From assembly GCA_002868905.1 (NCBI GenBank), contig PKUA01000012.1, positions 1,863-65,862 on the forward strand: a DNA stretch of 64,000 nt. Direction: 5' to 3'. Source of the DNA: Desulfuromonas sp. (lineage in GTDB: Bacteria > Desulfobacterota > Desulfuromonadia > Desulfuromonadales > Geothermobacteraceae). Positions 47,253 through 58,221 of this stretch are shown in pieces (within the stretch, counting starts at the first letter, position 1; each line of letters starts with the position of its first letter). The position numbers and the translations under genes are program-made. The notes under the pieces are model-generated. The model was not told where the DNA came from. It saw only the letters and a list, made by a program, of their open reading frames with translations, and did no database searches.

Positions 47253-47904
47253 GATCCTTCAACTCTCTCCTTGCTGATGCATTTGCCTGATTCAACCCTT
47301 GAGCAATCTTGTCACAGCATTGATCAATATCATCATCCTTATCCAGCCAGATAGGGTCTCCAAAAGCAAACACCCCTCTCCCCCATGGATACGGCAGCAG
47401 AAAACGGTCCCAGGATGCAAACCTATGCCCGCTGCTGGCCGCGAAAGCCAGCGGCATGACGGGTCGTCCTGTCAGCCGAGCCAGTTGGGCAATGCCCGGC
47501 TTTACTTGATGACGCGGTCCTTTCGGTCCATCCGGAGTAATGCCGAGATCGACCGGCTCACGCCCGAGTTTGATCATATCCCGCAGAGCTTTGGCTCCCT
47601 GTCGCGACGAGGACCCACGCACCGCTTCGATACCGAAATATTTCATGGTGCGGGCTATCAACTCACCATCGCTGGAAGGGCTGATCAATGCCTTGGCCCC
47701 CCTGCCCGGATACCCCTTCGGAACCATCAGCAATTGGTCATGCCACATCGCTATGATGACCCGGTTGCCGTTTTCCCAGCAACCATGAAGGTTTTCCAGA
47801 CCGACTGTTCTAACTCTCATGAAAGCATGAAACAGCTGAATGATCAACGCGGCGAGGGGCGGGGCAACCAGAATCAACAATCCCCTGGTGAAACGACCTC
47901 TCAT
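47233..47904 (-). CDS. DUF374 / lysophospholipid acyltransferase-like protein
   Basis: 223 aa. Contains IIAMWHDQLLMVP...SPSSDGELIA...GSSSRQGAKAL...ITPDGPKGP. Occupies the typical msbA-DUF374-waaA position. Confidence 0.8.
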   Translation of the reverse strand: MRGRFTRGLLILVAPPLAALIIQLFHAFMRVRTVGLENLHGCWENGNRVIIAMWHDQLLMVPKGYPGRGAKALISPSSDGELIARTMKYFGIEAVRGSSSRQGAKALRDMIKLGREPVDLGITPDGPKGPRHQVKPGIAQLARLTGRPVMPLAFAASSGHRFASWDRFLLPYPWGRGVFAFGDPIWLDKDDDIDQCCDKIAQGLNQANASARRELKDRGLPAV

Positions 47905-49631
47905 CCTTCGATCCCCGACTGCATCTGATAAAGACGTCGATAGAGCCCCTCTTTGGCCATCAGATCTTCATGGGTGCCGATATCGACAATTCGTCCACCT
48001 TCCATGACAACGATACGATCGGCATGCATGATGGTTGATAGACGGTGGGCGATAACCAGGGTTGTGCGATTGCGCATCAAGTTGACCAGCGCTTTCTGCA
48101 CCATCGCCTCGCTTTCCGAATCCAGCGCGCTGGTTGCTTCATCCAGAATCAGAATCGGTGCATCCCGTAACAGGGCGCGGGCGATGCAGATCCGCTGCCG
48201 TTGCCCCCCTGAGAGCCGAACGCCACGATCCCCGATGTGAGTCAGATACCCCTCAGGCAGCTCTGAGACAAACTCATCGGCAAATGCGAGTTTGGCAGCC
48301 TCGCGAACCGCCTCCTCATCGTAATTCGGTTGACCGTAGGCAATATTCTCGGCAATGCTCGTGCTGAACAGGAATGTTTCCTGATCCACCAGGGAAAGGT
48401 TATTTCGCAAACCATCCAACATCATTTCGCGGATATCGATCCCGTCAATCCGCACCGCACCCAGGCCAGGGTCGTAAAAGCGACTTAACAGGCCAGCCAC
48501 CGTTGACTTGCCGGCGCCGCTCGGCCCGACCAGCGCCACAATTTCACCCGGGGCAATGTCGAGGTTGAAGTCAAGCAGGACCGGCTCATCGGCATACGAG
48601 AAATCGACATGATCGAATCGGACGTTTCCTGCCAATCGTCCGACAGGCCGGGCGGTGGTAAGGTCGGCGATATCGGACCTGGTGTCGAGGATTTCAAAGA
48701 CCCGTTCACTGGCGCCAAGAGCTTCCTGGACCGTGTTGTTGACCTTGATCAGACGCTTGGCCGGCGTGTAGAGCATGACGATCGCCACCAGGGTCGAGGT
48801 CAACTCGCCCTGGCTCATCCCGCCGCTCAAAACCCTATGCATGCCGTACCAGAGTACCGCTGCTATTCCGAATGAGGCGAGCAGTTCAACAACCGGTGAA
48901 GAGAGGGCATTGTAACGGATCAATTTCCTGAAAAACCGGTAATAGATGTTATTGGTCTCTTCGAACCTTCGGACCTCTTCTGCTTCGGTTCCGAACGCCT
49001 TGATCAGTTTAATGCCAGACAGGCTTTGCTCCAGGGCCTTGGTCAGGATCCCCATCGCACCCTGGCGCCGTTTGGTGTTCTTCTTGATTTGCCGCCCGAT
49101 GCTCGCTGCCGGACCGAATGCCAATGGCAAAACGGTAAATGCGACCAACGCCAGTCTCCAGTCCTGGTAAAAGGCCAACCCAATCAAACCGATCAAGGTC
49201 AAACTCTCGCGGATGGCGTCGACCAGTGCCGTCGATGCGGCTTTCTGCATCTGGTTAACATCGTTCAGCGTGCGGGACATCAAGTTACCGATGGTATTCC
49301 GGCTGTGGTACCCCATCGAAAGATCCATCGCCTTGGCAAACAACTCGTTCCGAACTTTCTGAATGACCAGTTGACCGGCTGTTCGGATCAGGTATTCCTG
49401 GACATACCGAGCGCCCCCCTTAATGATTGCCAGCCCGATAACAAACACCGGCACCCAGTTGATCAGGCTGATCGCTCCGCCGATCAGAATTTTGTCGATC
49501 AGCGGCTCGACAAGCTTGGCATAGGTGACATCCGCCGCAGCCACCAACAAGCTGGCGACCATGGCAGCAGCGATTCGCTTCCGGTAGGCGATGGTATAAC
49601 CGAACAGGCGCTTGAGGGCTGGAGAACTCAC
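47901..49631 (-). CDS. msbA: Lipid A export ABC transporter (permease + ATPase)
   Basis: 6-TM domain plus an NBD (GPSGAGKST, LSGGQRQRICIARA, ILILDEATSALD). Start at GTG 49631 (VSSPALKRL), preceded by AAGGAAGGGGGA and immediately after the lpxB stop; the track ORF extends to 49748. Confidence 0.9.
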   Translation of the reverse strand: MSSPALKRLFGYTIAYRKRIAAAMVASLLVAAADVTYAKLVEPLIDKILIGGAISLINWVPVFVIGLAIIKGGARYVQEYLIRTAGQLVIQKVRNELFAKAMDLSMGYHSRNTIGNLMSRTLNDVNQMQKAASTALVDAIRESLTLIGLIGLAFYQDWRLALVAFTVLPLAFGPAASIGRQIKKNTKRRQGAMGILTKALEQSLSGIKLIKAFGTEAEEVRRFEETNNIYYRFFRKLIRYNALSSPVVELLASFGIAAVLWYGMHRVLSGGMSQGELTSTLVAIVMLYTPAKRLIKVNNTVQEALGASERVFEILDTRSDIADLTTARPVGRLAGNVRFDHVDFSYADEPVLLDFNLDIAPGEIVALVGPSGAGKSTVAGLLSRFYDPGLGAVRIDGIDIREMMLDGLRNNLSLVDQETFLFSTSIAENIAYGQPNYDEEAVREAAKLAFADEFVSELPEGYLTHIGDRGVRLSGGQRQRICIARALLRDAPILILDEATSALDSESEAMVQKALVNLMRNRTTLVIAHRLSTIMHADRIVVMEGGRIVDIGTHEDLMAKEGLYRRLYQMQSGIEG

Positions 49632-49632
49632 G

Positions 49633-50796
49633 TTATCGTCCCCCTTCCTTCTCGAGCATTTCCAACACCATGCGGGCAACTCGTTGCGAGCAACCCGGCT
49701 CGCCCATCTCGCTCCGCATCGTTGCGAGCCGTTCAAGCATCTCGACACGATAGTCAGAGTCGTGGATCAAGCGTCCCATTTCATCCGCGAGGGCTTGCGG
49801 CGATGCCGCATCCTGTAAAAATTCCTTGACGATTTCAGCCCCCGAAATGATGTTGACCAAGCTGACATGCTTGAGTTTCACCAGGCGCCTACCAATGGCG
49901 AAACTGGCAGGTGAACATTTGAAAATGACTGCCAAGGGGGTTCCGACCAACCCGGTCTGCAAAGTAGCCGTCCCGGAAACGACCAGTGCGGCGTCACACG
50001 CTCTCGCGGCTTCAAACAACTCGCCCGGGACCAGGGTGACGGGAAGCTTGCATGCCGTCACCTGCTCATCGAGTGAGGCCTTGGAAAGATTGGGAGCGAC
50101 CGGCAACAGGAATTTCATCTCCGGGTTCTTCGCCAAAAGAAGCTTTGCAGTTTCCAGCATGGTTGGCAAATTGAACCGAATCTCACTTTCTCGGCTGCCG
50201 GGAAACAGACCGACGATCAAATCGTCGGCAGACAGATCGAATGTTTCACGACACTTCAATCGCCCCGGAACCGATTCCAGATCATCCAGCAACGGATTGC
50301 CGACAAACGACACATCGACCCCGTGTCGTTGGAAGTGCGGCACCTCAAACGGAAAAATGACCGCGATTCGGTCGACCACCCGGGCAATCGTTTGCAGGCG
50401 ACCCTGTCGCCAGGCCCAGAATTTCGGACTGATGTAATAAAGAACTGGTATCCCGGCCTTTTGGGCTTCAGCGGCCAGTCGCAGGTTGAAATCGGGAAAG
50501 TCGATCAGGACCAGCAGATCGGGTGGGGCATTACCGTGCAGAACCTTTTTGAGACTTCGAAAATGGCGCAGGATGGTCGGCAACCGCCCGAAGACCTCAA
50601 ACAATCCCATTGCCGACAGTTCGCCACTGTCGAGAATCAGGTCACAACCCGCTTTCTCCAGATTCCTGCTGCCGACTCCGAAGAAACTGACGTCGGGAGC
50701 ATGGCTGGCCACGGCTTTGACCAGTGATCCGCCATGCAGATCCCCGGACGCCTCACCGGTAACGATCATGACCTTTTTCCGGCAGTTCAAATTCAC
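49633..50796 (-). CDS. lpxB: Lipid-A-disaccharide synthase
   Basis: Contains MIVTGEASGDLHG, IDFPDFNL, YISPKFWAWR and SGTATLQ. Start is GTG 50796 or ATG 50769. Confidence 0.93.
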   Translation of the reverse strand: MNLNCRKKVMIVTGEASGDLHGGSLVKAVASHAPDVSFFGVGSRNLEKAGCDLILDSGELSAMGLFEVFGRLPTILRHFRSLKKVLHGNAPPDLLVLIDFPDFNLRLAAEAQKAGIPVLYYISPKFWAWRQGRLQTIARVVDRIAVIFPFEVPHFQRHGVDVSFVGNPLLDDLESVPGRLKCRETFDLSADDLIVGLFPGSRESEIRFNLPTMLETAKLLLAKNPEMKFLLPVAPNLSKASLDEQVTACKLPVTLVPGELFEAARACDAALVVSGTATLQTGLVGTPLAVIFKCSPASFAIGRRLVKLKHVSLVNIISGAEIVKEFLQDAASPQALADEMGRLIHDSDYRVEMLERLATMRSEMGEPGCSQRVARMVLEMLEKEGGR

Positions 50797-50971
50797 CTCT
50801 TTTAAACGTCTGCGAACGGAACCGAGGCTCAGCCGAAATTACGCTCCGTCAGTGCAGCGCCGAAAACGGAAACAGGCAAGGTCGAATACCCTCGCCCGTT
50901 ATCAATCTTTTCTAACACTTGTCTGCCCAAAAAAACCGAGCGGAATCGAGCCGGCTTGGTCATGACCGCCC

Positions 50972-51745
50972 TCAGCGGGCAAGCCCTCGTTGGCTCTGCT
51001 TGATAAAATCGACGAATTCCCCAACGACATCCCCTGGAGATCCCTCAGCGATTTTTTTCAGAGCCTCTTCCAGGCGAAGGTCCGAGCGGAAAATCAGTCG
51101 GTAGGCCGCCTTTAATTGTTTGAGCTGGTCTTCCTCAAACCCACGCCGCTTCAAGCCGACCAGGTTCAAACCTACCGTCTGGGCCCGGTCCCCCTGCGCA
51201 ATGGTGAACGGCGCCACATCCTGCGCGACCATGGAACCTCCGCTGATCATGACATGGGCTCCAACCCTCACGAACTGATGCACGGCGGACAGACCGCCGA
51301 GGATAGCCCAGTCCGCAACTTCGACATGCCCTGCCAAGGTAGCACCATTGGCAAGAATGACATGGTTTCCAACCCGGCAGTCGTGCGCGACGTGGGCATA
51401 GGCCATGAACAGGCAATCGTCGCCAATGACGGTTTCCTCGCCGCCACCTTCGGTGCCGCGATGCAGGGTGACGAATTCACGAATCTTGTTGCGGTCTCCG
51501 ATCTTAAGGTAGGACTTTTCACCACCGAACTTGAGATCCTGCGTATCTGCCCCCACGGACGCAAACTGGAAAATTCGGTTCTCCTCACCGATTTCCGTCC
51601 ACCCCTCGATTACGACGTGAGGCCCAACTTCGGTTCCGGCACCGATGGTGACGTGCTCACCGATAATGGTATAAGGACCGACTTTGACTCCTTCGGCCAA
51701 ACGCGCGCCGGGATGAATCAGTGCTGTAGGATGAATCATGATCAC
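50972..51745 (-). CDS. lpxA: Acyl-ACP--UDP-N-acetylglucosamine O-acyltransferase
   Basis: 257 aa. Left-handed beta-helix hexapeptide repeats, with IHPTALIHPGA and HVAHDCRVGN. Confidence 0.95.
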   Translation of the reverse strand: MIMIHPTALIHPGARLAEGVKVGPYTIIGEHVTIGAGTEVGPHVVIEGWTEIGEENRIFQFASVGADTQDLKFGGEKSYLKIGDRNKIREFVTLHRGTEGGGEETVIGDDCLFMAYAHVAHDCRVGNHVILANGATLAGHVEVADWAILGGLSAVHQFVRVGAHVMISGGSMVAQDVAPFTIAQGDRAQTVGLNLVGLKRRGFEEDQLKQLKAAYRLIFRSDLRLEEALKKIAEGSPGDVVGEFVDFIKQSQRGLAR

Positions 51746-51748
51746 CTC

Positions 51749-52183
51749 TTATCGATCGGCAAAAGTCGCCTTCAGTTCAGCTTCTGTCACCACCTTATCG
51801 TCGACTGTCGCTTTGGCTGAGAAGGTATAAATGCCGCGTCGACAACTCAGCAGTTCCAGTTCCATAACCAAAGTGTCCCCGGGAACCACGGGACGCCGGA
51901 AACGAGCCTTGTCGATTCCAACGAAATAGGTCACCTTACCGGCAGTTGAATCATCACAATTCAGCGCATAAAGTCCACCAACCTGGGCCATCGCTTCGAT
52001 GATGAGAACTCCGGGCATAATCGGATGACCGGGGAAATGACCCTGGAAGAAAGGTTCATTGATCGTAACGTTTTTAACACCGACAATCCGTTCTCCAGGG
52101 GTACAGGAGACAATCTTGTCGACCAATAAAAATGGGTAGCGATGCGGCAGAAGTTCCTGAATCTGCCGGGCATTGAGTTCCAT
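51749..52183 (-). CDS. fabZ: 3-hydroxyacyl-ACP dehydratase
   Basis: 144 aa. Contains LPHRYPFLLVD...FFQGHFPGHPIMPGVLIIEAMAQ. Confidence 0.96.
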   Translation of the reverse strand: MELNARQIQELLPHRYPFLLVDKIVSCTPGERIVGVKNVTINEPFFQGHFPGHPIMPGVLIIEAMAQVGGLYALNCDDSTAGKVTYFVGIDKARFRRPVVPGDTLVMELELLSCRRGIYTFSAKATVDDKVVTEAELKATFADR

Positions 52184-52185
52184 GG

Positions 52186-53238
52186 CTATTTCTCCTTCAG
52201 CCGTTGTTCCAGCTCATGTACCAGGTTCTTGAGTTGGTGCAGTTCACGACGCATGTCCGGCAGCCGCGGAAAAGCCATGCTCGCCTTGAGCCATTCCCTG
52301 TGCGGCATCGCCGGAAGACCGGAAAGAACCTGATTGCCTGCGACACTGCTGGCGATTCCGCCACGCCCCGCAACAGTGACGTTCTCGCCAATCTTGATAT
52401 GACCTGCCGCTGCGGCCTGGCCGCCAAATGTACAGTGGCGACCGATGATCGTACTCCCGGCAATGCCAACCTGGGCGGCCATCACCGTATCCTCACCGAC
52501 CTCGACATTGTGTGCGACCTGCACCAGGTTGTCGATTTTGCATCCGCGCCTGATATGCGTCACGCCGAGCGCCGCACGGTCGATACAGCTGCAGGCACCG
52601 ATCTCGACGTCATCCTCAATGTCCACGGTTCCGGATTGGGGAATTTTTTCATACTTCCCACCGTCCGGGGCAAATCCGAATCCGTCACTGCCGATAATCG
52701 CACCCGGCTGGAGAACGACCCGATTCCCGAGTCGGCAATGTTCGCGAACCATGGAGCCTGCGTGGAGCAGGCAATCCTGGCCGACGCTTACGCCCTGATA
52801 AAGAACCACATTCGGGTAGAGAATGGTTCCTGACCCAACCGTGCAACCCGGCCCGACGTAACAGCCGGGGTAGATCGAAATATCTTCGCCGAGCTGTGCC
52901 GTCGGATCAATGGTTGCGCCCTGCTGGATGCCGATTGCCGCGGGTGCCTTACCGTGAAAATACTGTTGTACGCGCGCGAACGCAAGATAAGGGTTGCTGT
53001 AAATCAACTGGTTGCACTCGGCGACCGAAATCCGCTCCGGAACAATCACCGCGGAGGCCTTGGTTCGATCGAGGTCTGCCAGGTATTTCTTCTGGGTGAC
53101 AAAGGTGATCTCACCCTTCCCGGCGGTTTCGAAGGGTGCGACACGCTCGATCAAGACCTCGGGGTCACCGAAAACATCCCCACCGACCAGGTCTGCCAAA
53201 CCCTGCAGAGTCGCAGGTGGTGCAACCTGCGCGATCAC
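52186..53238 (-). CDS. lpxD: UDP-3-O-acylglucosamine N-acyltransferase
   Basis: 350 aa. Hexapeptide repeats, with GSDGFGF and VQVAHNVEVGE. Conserved lpxD-fabZ-lpxA order. Confidence 0.95.
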   Translation of the reverse strand: MIAQVAPPATLQGLADLVGGDVFGDPEVLIERVAPFETAGKGEITFVTQKKYLADLDRTKASAVIVPERISVAECNQLIYSNPYLAFARVQQYFHGKAPAAIGIQQGATIDPTAQLGEDISIYPGCYVGPGCTVGSGTILYPNVVLYQGVSVGQDCLLHAGSMVREHCRLGNRVVLQPGAIIGSDGFGFAPDGGKYEKIPQSGTVDIEDDVEIGACSCIDRAALGVTHIRRGCKIDNLVQVAHNVEVGEDTVMAAQVGIAGSTIIGRHCTFGGQAAAAGHIKIGENVTVAGRGGIASSVAGNQVLSGLPAMPHREWLKASMAFPRLPDMRRELHQLKNLVHELEQRLKEK

Positions 53239-53753
53239 TTCTGTTTCGCGTTAGCCGCGGCAATGACCTGATCGGTCAGGTCGATCTTTTCGTCGGCGTA
53301 GATCAGGGAACTTTCGTTCTTTTCAAAAATGACCGTAAAGCCCTCTTTCTTGCCGATTTCAAGGACAACTGCAAGCAAATCGTCGAGGATCTTTCGCGTG
53401 AACTCGCTATCCTTAATCTGAAGCTCTTCCTTGATGTCATTGGCAAAACGCTTGAATTCTTTGACTTTTTGCTGGTAGTCACGTTCCTTGGCCGAACGTG
53501 CATCCTCCGACAGCAACAGTGCCTGTTTGTCCATCTCTTCTTTGCTCTTTTCGAGGTCACTGCGCATTTCGTCGAGTTGGGTCTCATAATTCGTGACTTG
53601 CTGACGCATCTTCTCCTTGGCCATTTTGCCGGAATCGGAAAGGTTGAGTGCTTTTTGCAGATCAACAAATCCGATCTTTCCATCAACAGCGACAGCCGTG
53701 GAGGCAAGGCCCAGCAACAGAACCACAAGACAAATACTTACCAACCGTTTCAT
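53235..53753 (-). CDS. skp: OmpH/Skp periplasmic chaperone
   Basis: 172 aa. Signal peptide followed by a K/E-rich coiled coil. Lies between bamA and lpxD. Confidence 0.88.
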   Translation of the reverse strand: MKRLVSICLVVLLLGLASTAVAVDGKIGFVDLQKALNLSDSGKMAKEKMRQQVTNYETQLDEMRSDLEKSKEEMDKQALLLSEDARSAKERDYQQKVKEFKRFANDIKEELQIKDSEFTRKILDDLLAVVLEIGKKEGFTVIFEKNESSLIYADEKIDLTDQVIAAANAKQK

Positions 53754-53813
53754 TTACGACTCCTTCACACTTTTTTGAGGGTATTAACCCGGAACACTCG
53801 ATGAGCGACCCGG

Positions 53814-56123
53814 TTAAAAAAAACGTCCGATTGTAAATTCGAACTGGCTATTATCTTCATCTTCTCGAGGATCAAGGTTGTATCCCCATTCGAGTCGCAT
53901 CGGGCCCATGGGGCTGAGCCAACGGATGCCGGCTCCGGTACTGTAGCGAAAGCTCTCGAAATAGTTTTCATCCTCTCCCCAGGAATTGCCGACATCGAAA
54001 AAGACAACCCCTTTGAGTTTGACTTCCGGGAAGAGCGGGAAAATCACTTCGATGTTTCCATAAGCTTCCTTCTCGCCGCCGATATATGTATATTCGTCCT
54101 CGGAGATAAAAACAAGATCACCGCTTACCGGATCAACAGTTTCGATGATTCGTTTCACGCGCGGACCAACTTTGCGAGCCGGCAATCCGCGCAGGGTCGA
54201 TATCCCTCCGAGGTAGAATCGTTCATCAATCGGGGTTTCTTCCCCCTGGACCTGGAAAATCTGCCCGATCTGTCCATGGATGGACAGGACCGACGGTCCG
54301 ATAAACGGGAAGAAGTGACGGTCATCCAGAATGATTTTGGCAAATTTTTCCGTTCCGCCCAGACCGGCATATTCTGCACTGAGTCTGGCCACGTACCCTC
54401 GACTCGGGTCGAGATAGTTGTCCGTGGTATTCCGGGTAAAGCTGCTGCTGATAGAAGAAAGTATCGAATCCCCCTCCTGCTCCTTGACAAGGGAACTCGC
54501 ACCGGAATCGACATTATAGATTTCCTTTTCCTCGTAGCGATAGGTCAGGAAAACCTTATTGTCCTCTCCGGCATTGAAACCGAACTTGATATCACCACCA
54601 AGAGTCTTCTTGTCAAAATCGACATATTCTCGGTCGGTCTTGTATAGGTCGAAGCCGAGAGAGATGTTGTAATCAAGGAAATAGGGATCGAGCAGACCGA
54701 TATTATAAGTGGATGCTCCCCCGATAGCGGCACTGAAATCAAGTTTCAGCCCATAGCCGAGTAAATTATTCTGGGATATCGCGCCCTGGGCAATCAGGCC
54801 GTCAACCGAAGAGTAACCCGCACCGAGGCTGAAGGTTCCGGTCGGTTTCTCCTTGACCGAAATATCGATATCGAGCACATCCTCTTCGTCGGTCTTGTTG
54901 GTTACAACCTCGACCTCATCGAAAAATCCGAGGTTATTGATACGGCGACGGCTCCCTTTCAACTTGCCGGCGCTATAAAGATCCCCTTCTTCGATATTGA
55001 CTTCACGCCGGATCACCTTGTCACGGGTTCGTGTATTCCCCCTGATATTGATACGCCCGATTTTGACGCGAAGACCACGCTCGATGGCGAGCTTCATATC
55101 GACCAGGTTATTCTCCGTGTCGAGGCGCGTCAATGGGGAGACATTGGCATAGGCAAACCCGGCATTGGCGTAGAGGTCATTGATTTTCGCAAGATCCAGC
55201 CGCAGGGTTTGACGGCTGAACACATCGCCGGGCTGCAATTCCATCGTGTCGAGAAGCTCTTTCTCGCTTCTGATCAGATCTCCCTCAACCTCAAGTTTGC
55301 CGATCCGGAACTGGTCCCCTTCTTCGACCCTGATCTTGACCAGGAGAGATGTTTTATCCTCACTGACCACAACCTCCGGATCCTTGATCTTGACCTGCAG
55401 GTAACCGTGATTAAAATATTTGTCGGCAAGAATATCGAGATCGTTCTCCAACACCTCCGGGAGATAAGATCCGCGACCGGTCAGCCAGGAGAGAAACCAC
55501 CTCTGCTTGGTCTCCATGGCGCCCCGGAGTTCATCATCGTCAAAAACCTTATTCCCTTCGAAAGTGATAGTCGCTACGAGAGCCTTCTCACCCTCCTTGA
55601 TCTCGAAGGTGACGGTCGCCTCATTGGCATCGTTGACCGTCAGTTTCTCCTTGATCTCCGCCGCATGAAAACCTTCGCCGACGTAAACGGCCTTCATCTC
55701 CTGGATACTGTTCGCGACAACTTGGGGTTCGTAAATTCCAGGAGCCCGCAGGGTGACTGCTTCACGCAGCTTTTGCGTCTCGATTTCCGAGTTGCCGCTC
55801 CATTCGACGCGCCGGATCAACGGACGTTCTTCGAGGCGGTAAACCAGGACCTTCAATCCGTTCCGGCTATCGATTTCGGCGCGGACATCTTCAAACCGGC
55901 CAAGCTTGTAAATAGCGCGAATATCCCGGTCGACCTCCGGTTTGCCGAAAGGCTGATTCGGTTTGACGGAGACAAGGGGAAGAATCGCACTCTTTTCGAC
56001 CCTGCGATTCCCTTCGATCAGGACATCGGCCACAGTATAGTTATCCGCCGCCCAGGTTGTCGCACTCCCCCCCAGAAGAAGCAGCAATATCAGGATATTA
56101 ACGAGATTGGTTCCAAATGACAT
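53814..56123 (-). CDS. bamA: Outer membrane protein assembly factor BamA
   Basis: POTRA repeats followed by an Omp85 barrel ending ...FEFTIGRFF. Start at ATG 56123 (MSFGTNLVNILILLLLLG signal peptide); the track ORF extends to 56165. Confidence 0.93.
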   Translation of the reverse strand: MSFGTNLVNILILLLLLGGSATTWAADNYTVADVLIEGNRRVEKSAILPLVSVKPNQPFGKPEVDRDIRAIYKLGRFEDVRAEIDSRNGLKVLVYRLEERPLIRRVEWSGNSEIETQKLREAVTLRAPGIYEPQVVANSIQEMKAVYVGEGFHAAEIKEKLTVNDANEATVTFEIKEGEKALVATITFEGNKVFDDDELRGAMETKQRWFLSWLTGRGSYLPEVLENDLDILADKYFNHGYLQVKIKDPEVVVSEDKTSLLVKIRVEEGDQFRIGKLEVEGDLIRSEKELLDTMELQPGDVFSRQTLRLDLAKINDLYANAGFAYANVSPLTRLDTENNLVDMKLAIERGLRVKIGRINIRGNTRTRDKVIRREVNIEEGDLYSAGKLKGSRRRINNLGFFDEVEVVTNKTDEEDVLDIDISVKEKPTGTFSLGAGYSSVDGLIAQGAISQNNLLGYGLKLDFSAAIGGASTYNIGLLDPYFLDYNISLGFDLYKTDREYVDFDKKTLGGDIKFGFNAGEDNKVFLTYRYEEKEIYNVDSGASSLVKEQEGDSILSSISSSFTRNTTDNYLDPSRGYVARLSAEYAGLGGTEKFAKIILDDRHFFPFIGPSVLSIHGQIGQIFQVQGEETPIDERFYLGGISTLRGLPARKVGPRVKRIIETVDPVSGDLVFISEDEYTYIGGEKEAYGNIEVIFPLFPEVKLKGVVFFDVGNSWGEDENYFESFRYSTGAGIRWLSPMGPMRLEWGYNLDPREDEDNSQFEFTIGRFF

Positions 56124-56151
56124 AAAATCTTTCACTCCAAGGTGCGCGACA

Positions 56152-56862
<711 letters not shown>

Positions 56863-56873
56863 TTCAGCTCCCC

Positions 56874-58136
56874 CTATTCATAACGCAACGCCTCGGCGGG
56901 ATCCATCCGGGCCGCATGCCAGGCGGGATAAAGGGTTGCAAACAGGGAAATCAGCAGGGCGACTACGACCACGGCGATGACATCGGAAGAATGGACCACG
57001 GACGGGAAATGTTCCATTCCGTAGACATTTTTGTCAAACAGCTTGATATGAAACTGGTTTTCGATCCCCTTAATGATTGGATCTGCATTTTTCGCCAGCA
57101 GAAGACCGATCACCGTGCCGAGGCCGGTACCGACTACCCCGATGATCAACCCCTCGAACAGGAAAATCTTCAGAATACTGCGCGAGGTCGCACCGAGAGA
57201 TCGAAGCACGGCGATATCCTTGGTCTTCTCCATAACCACCATGATCAGGGTGGTGGCGATGTTGAAAGCCGCAACCAGGACGATAATGCCGAGCACGATA
57301 AACAAACCGAGCTTTTCGAGCTTGAGCGCCGCCAGGAACGACCCGAACAGGTCCTCCCAGGAGCGGGTCAGGTACGGATAGCCGTACTCCTGCCGGACCA
57401 GGCTCGCTACCGGACGAGCGTGATCGAAGCGATCAACGTCGATTTCAATGCCGCTCACCTTGTCACCCAGGCCGAAAAAGCGCTGGGCCTCGTCGAGCGC
57501 CACGTAGGCGACAAAATTGTCCAGGATGCTGCTACCGGTCGTGCTGATCGCGACGATTTTAAATGGCTTCAACTTCGGGATCATGCCGAAGGGGGTAATG
57601 GTGAAATCGGGCGGGATGACGTTGATGGTATCGCCAATCGCCACCCCGAGGGTCGTTGCGGTGTCCGTGCTGACGACAATCCCCGGCCTTCCTTCCTTCT
57701 TGTCAAACAACAGCTCTCCAACCGGTATCCCCCCCTGGCTGACGAACTCCTGGGCCAGGACCTTGTGACCTGGAGCAATACCCTTGACGTTGACCGCAGC
57801 CACGTTCTGCCGGGCGAGCAACATCGCCTCTCGCGAAACAAACGGCGCCACATCGACGACATAGGGTGACAGGGAACGGATCTCCTTGACGATCTGCTCC
57901 TGACCGGCCAGCCCGCTGCCATGTCGTTGCAGCACAACATGCGGCACGTTGCCGAGGATCTGCTGCCGGACCCCGTCATGGAAACCGGTCATAACCGCCA
58001 GGACCACGATCAAGGCAGCCACCCCCAACGTCACCCCGGCGATGGAGATGAACGAAATGACCGAAATGAAGGTCTGCTTGCGCTTGGCCCGAAGGTAGCG
58101 GAGACTGACAAACAGTTCGTAACCCATTATCTGCAC
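56874..58136 (-). CDS. Lipoprotein-releasing system permease (LolC/LolE family)
   Basis: 420 aa. MacB-like periplasmic domain and FtsX domain. Starts [17 protein letters not shown] and ends ...DPAEALRYE. Confidence 0.88.
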   Translation of the reverse strand: MQIMGYELFVSLRYLRAKRKQTFISVISFISIAGVTLGVAALIVVLAVMTGFHDGVRQQILGNVPHVVLQRHGSGLAGQEQIVKEIRSLSPYVVDVAPFVSREAMLLARQNVAAVNVKGIAPGHKVLAQEFVSQGGIPVGELLFDKKEGRPGIVVSTDTATTLGVAIGDTINVIPPDFTITPFGMIPKLKPFKIVAISTTGSSILDNFVAYVALDEAQRFFGLGDKVSGIEIDVDRFDHARPVASLVRQEYGYPYLTRSWEDLFGSFLAALKLEKLGLFIVLGIIVLVAAFNIATTLIMVVMEKTKDIAVLRSLGATSRSILKIFLFEGLIIGVVGTGLGTVIGLLLAKNADPIIKGIENQFHIKLFDKNVYGMEHFPSVVHSSDVIAVVVVALLISLFATLYPAWHAARMDPAEALRYE

Positions 58137-58221
58137 CGCGACCTAAAATCGGGAACGAGGCACGAAAACCAAAGGTTTGCCGCTGCAACAGAATTCATCG
58201 CGTCCAGCCCGGTATCCGTCA

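Noticed and set aside
50925-50960. T7 run after lpxA as an intrinsic terminator
   Set aside because: I could not build a stem of more than 3-4 consecutive pairs upstream of the U-tract. It is kept only as a remark in the lpxA-lpxB gap finding.
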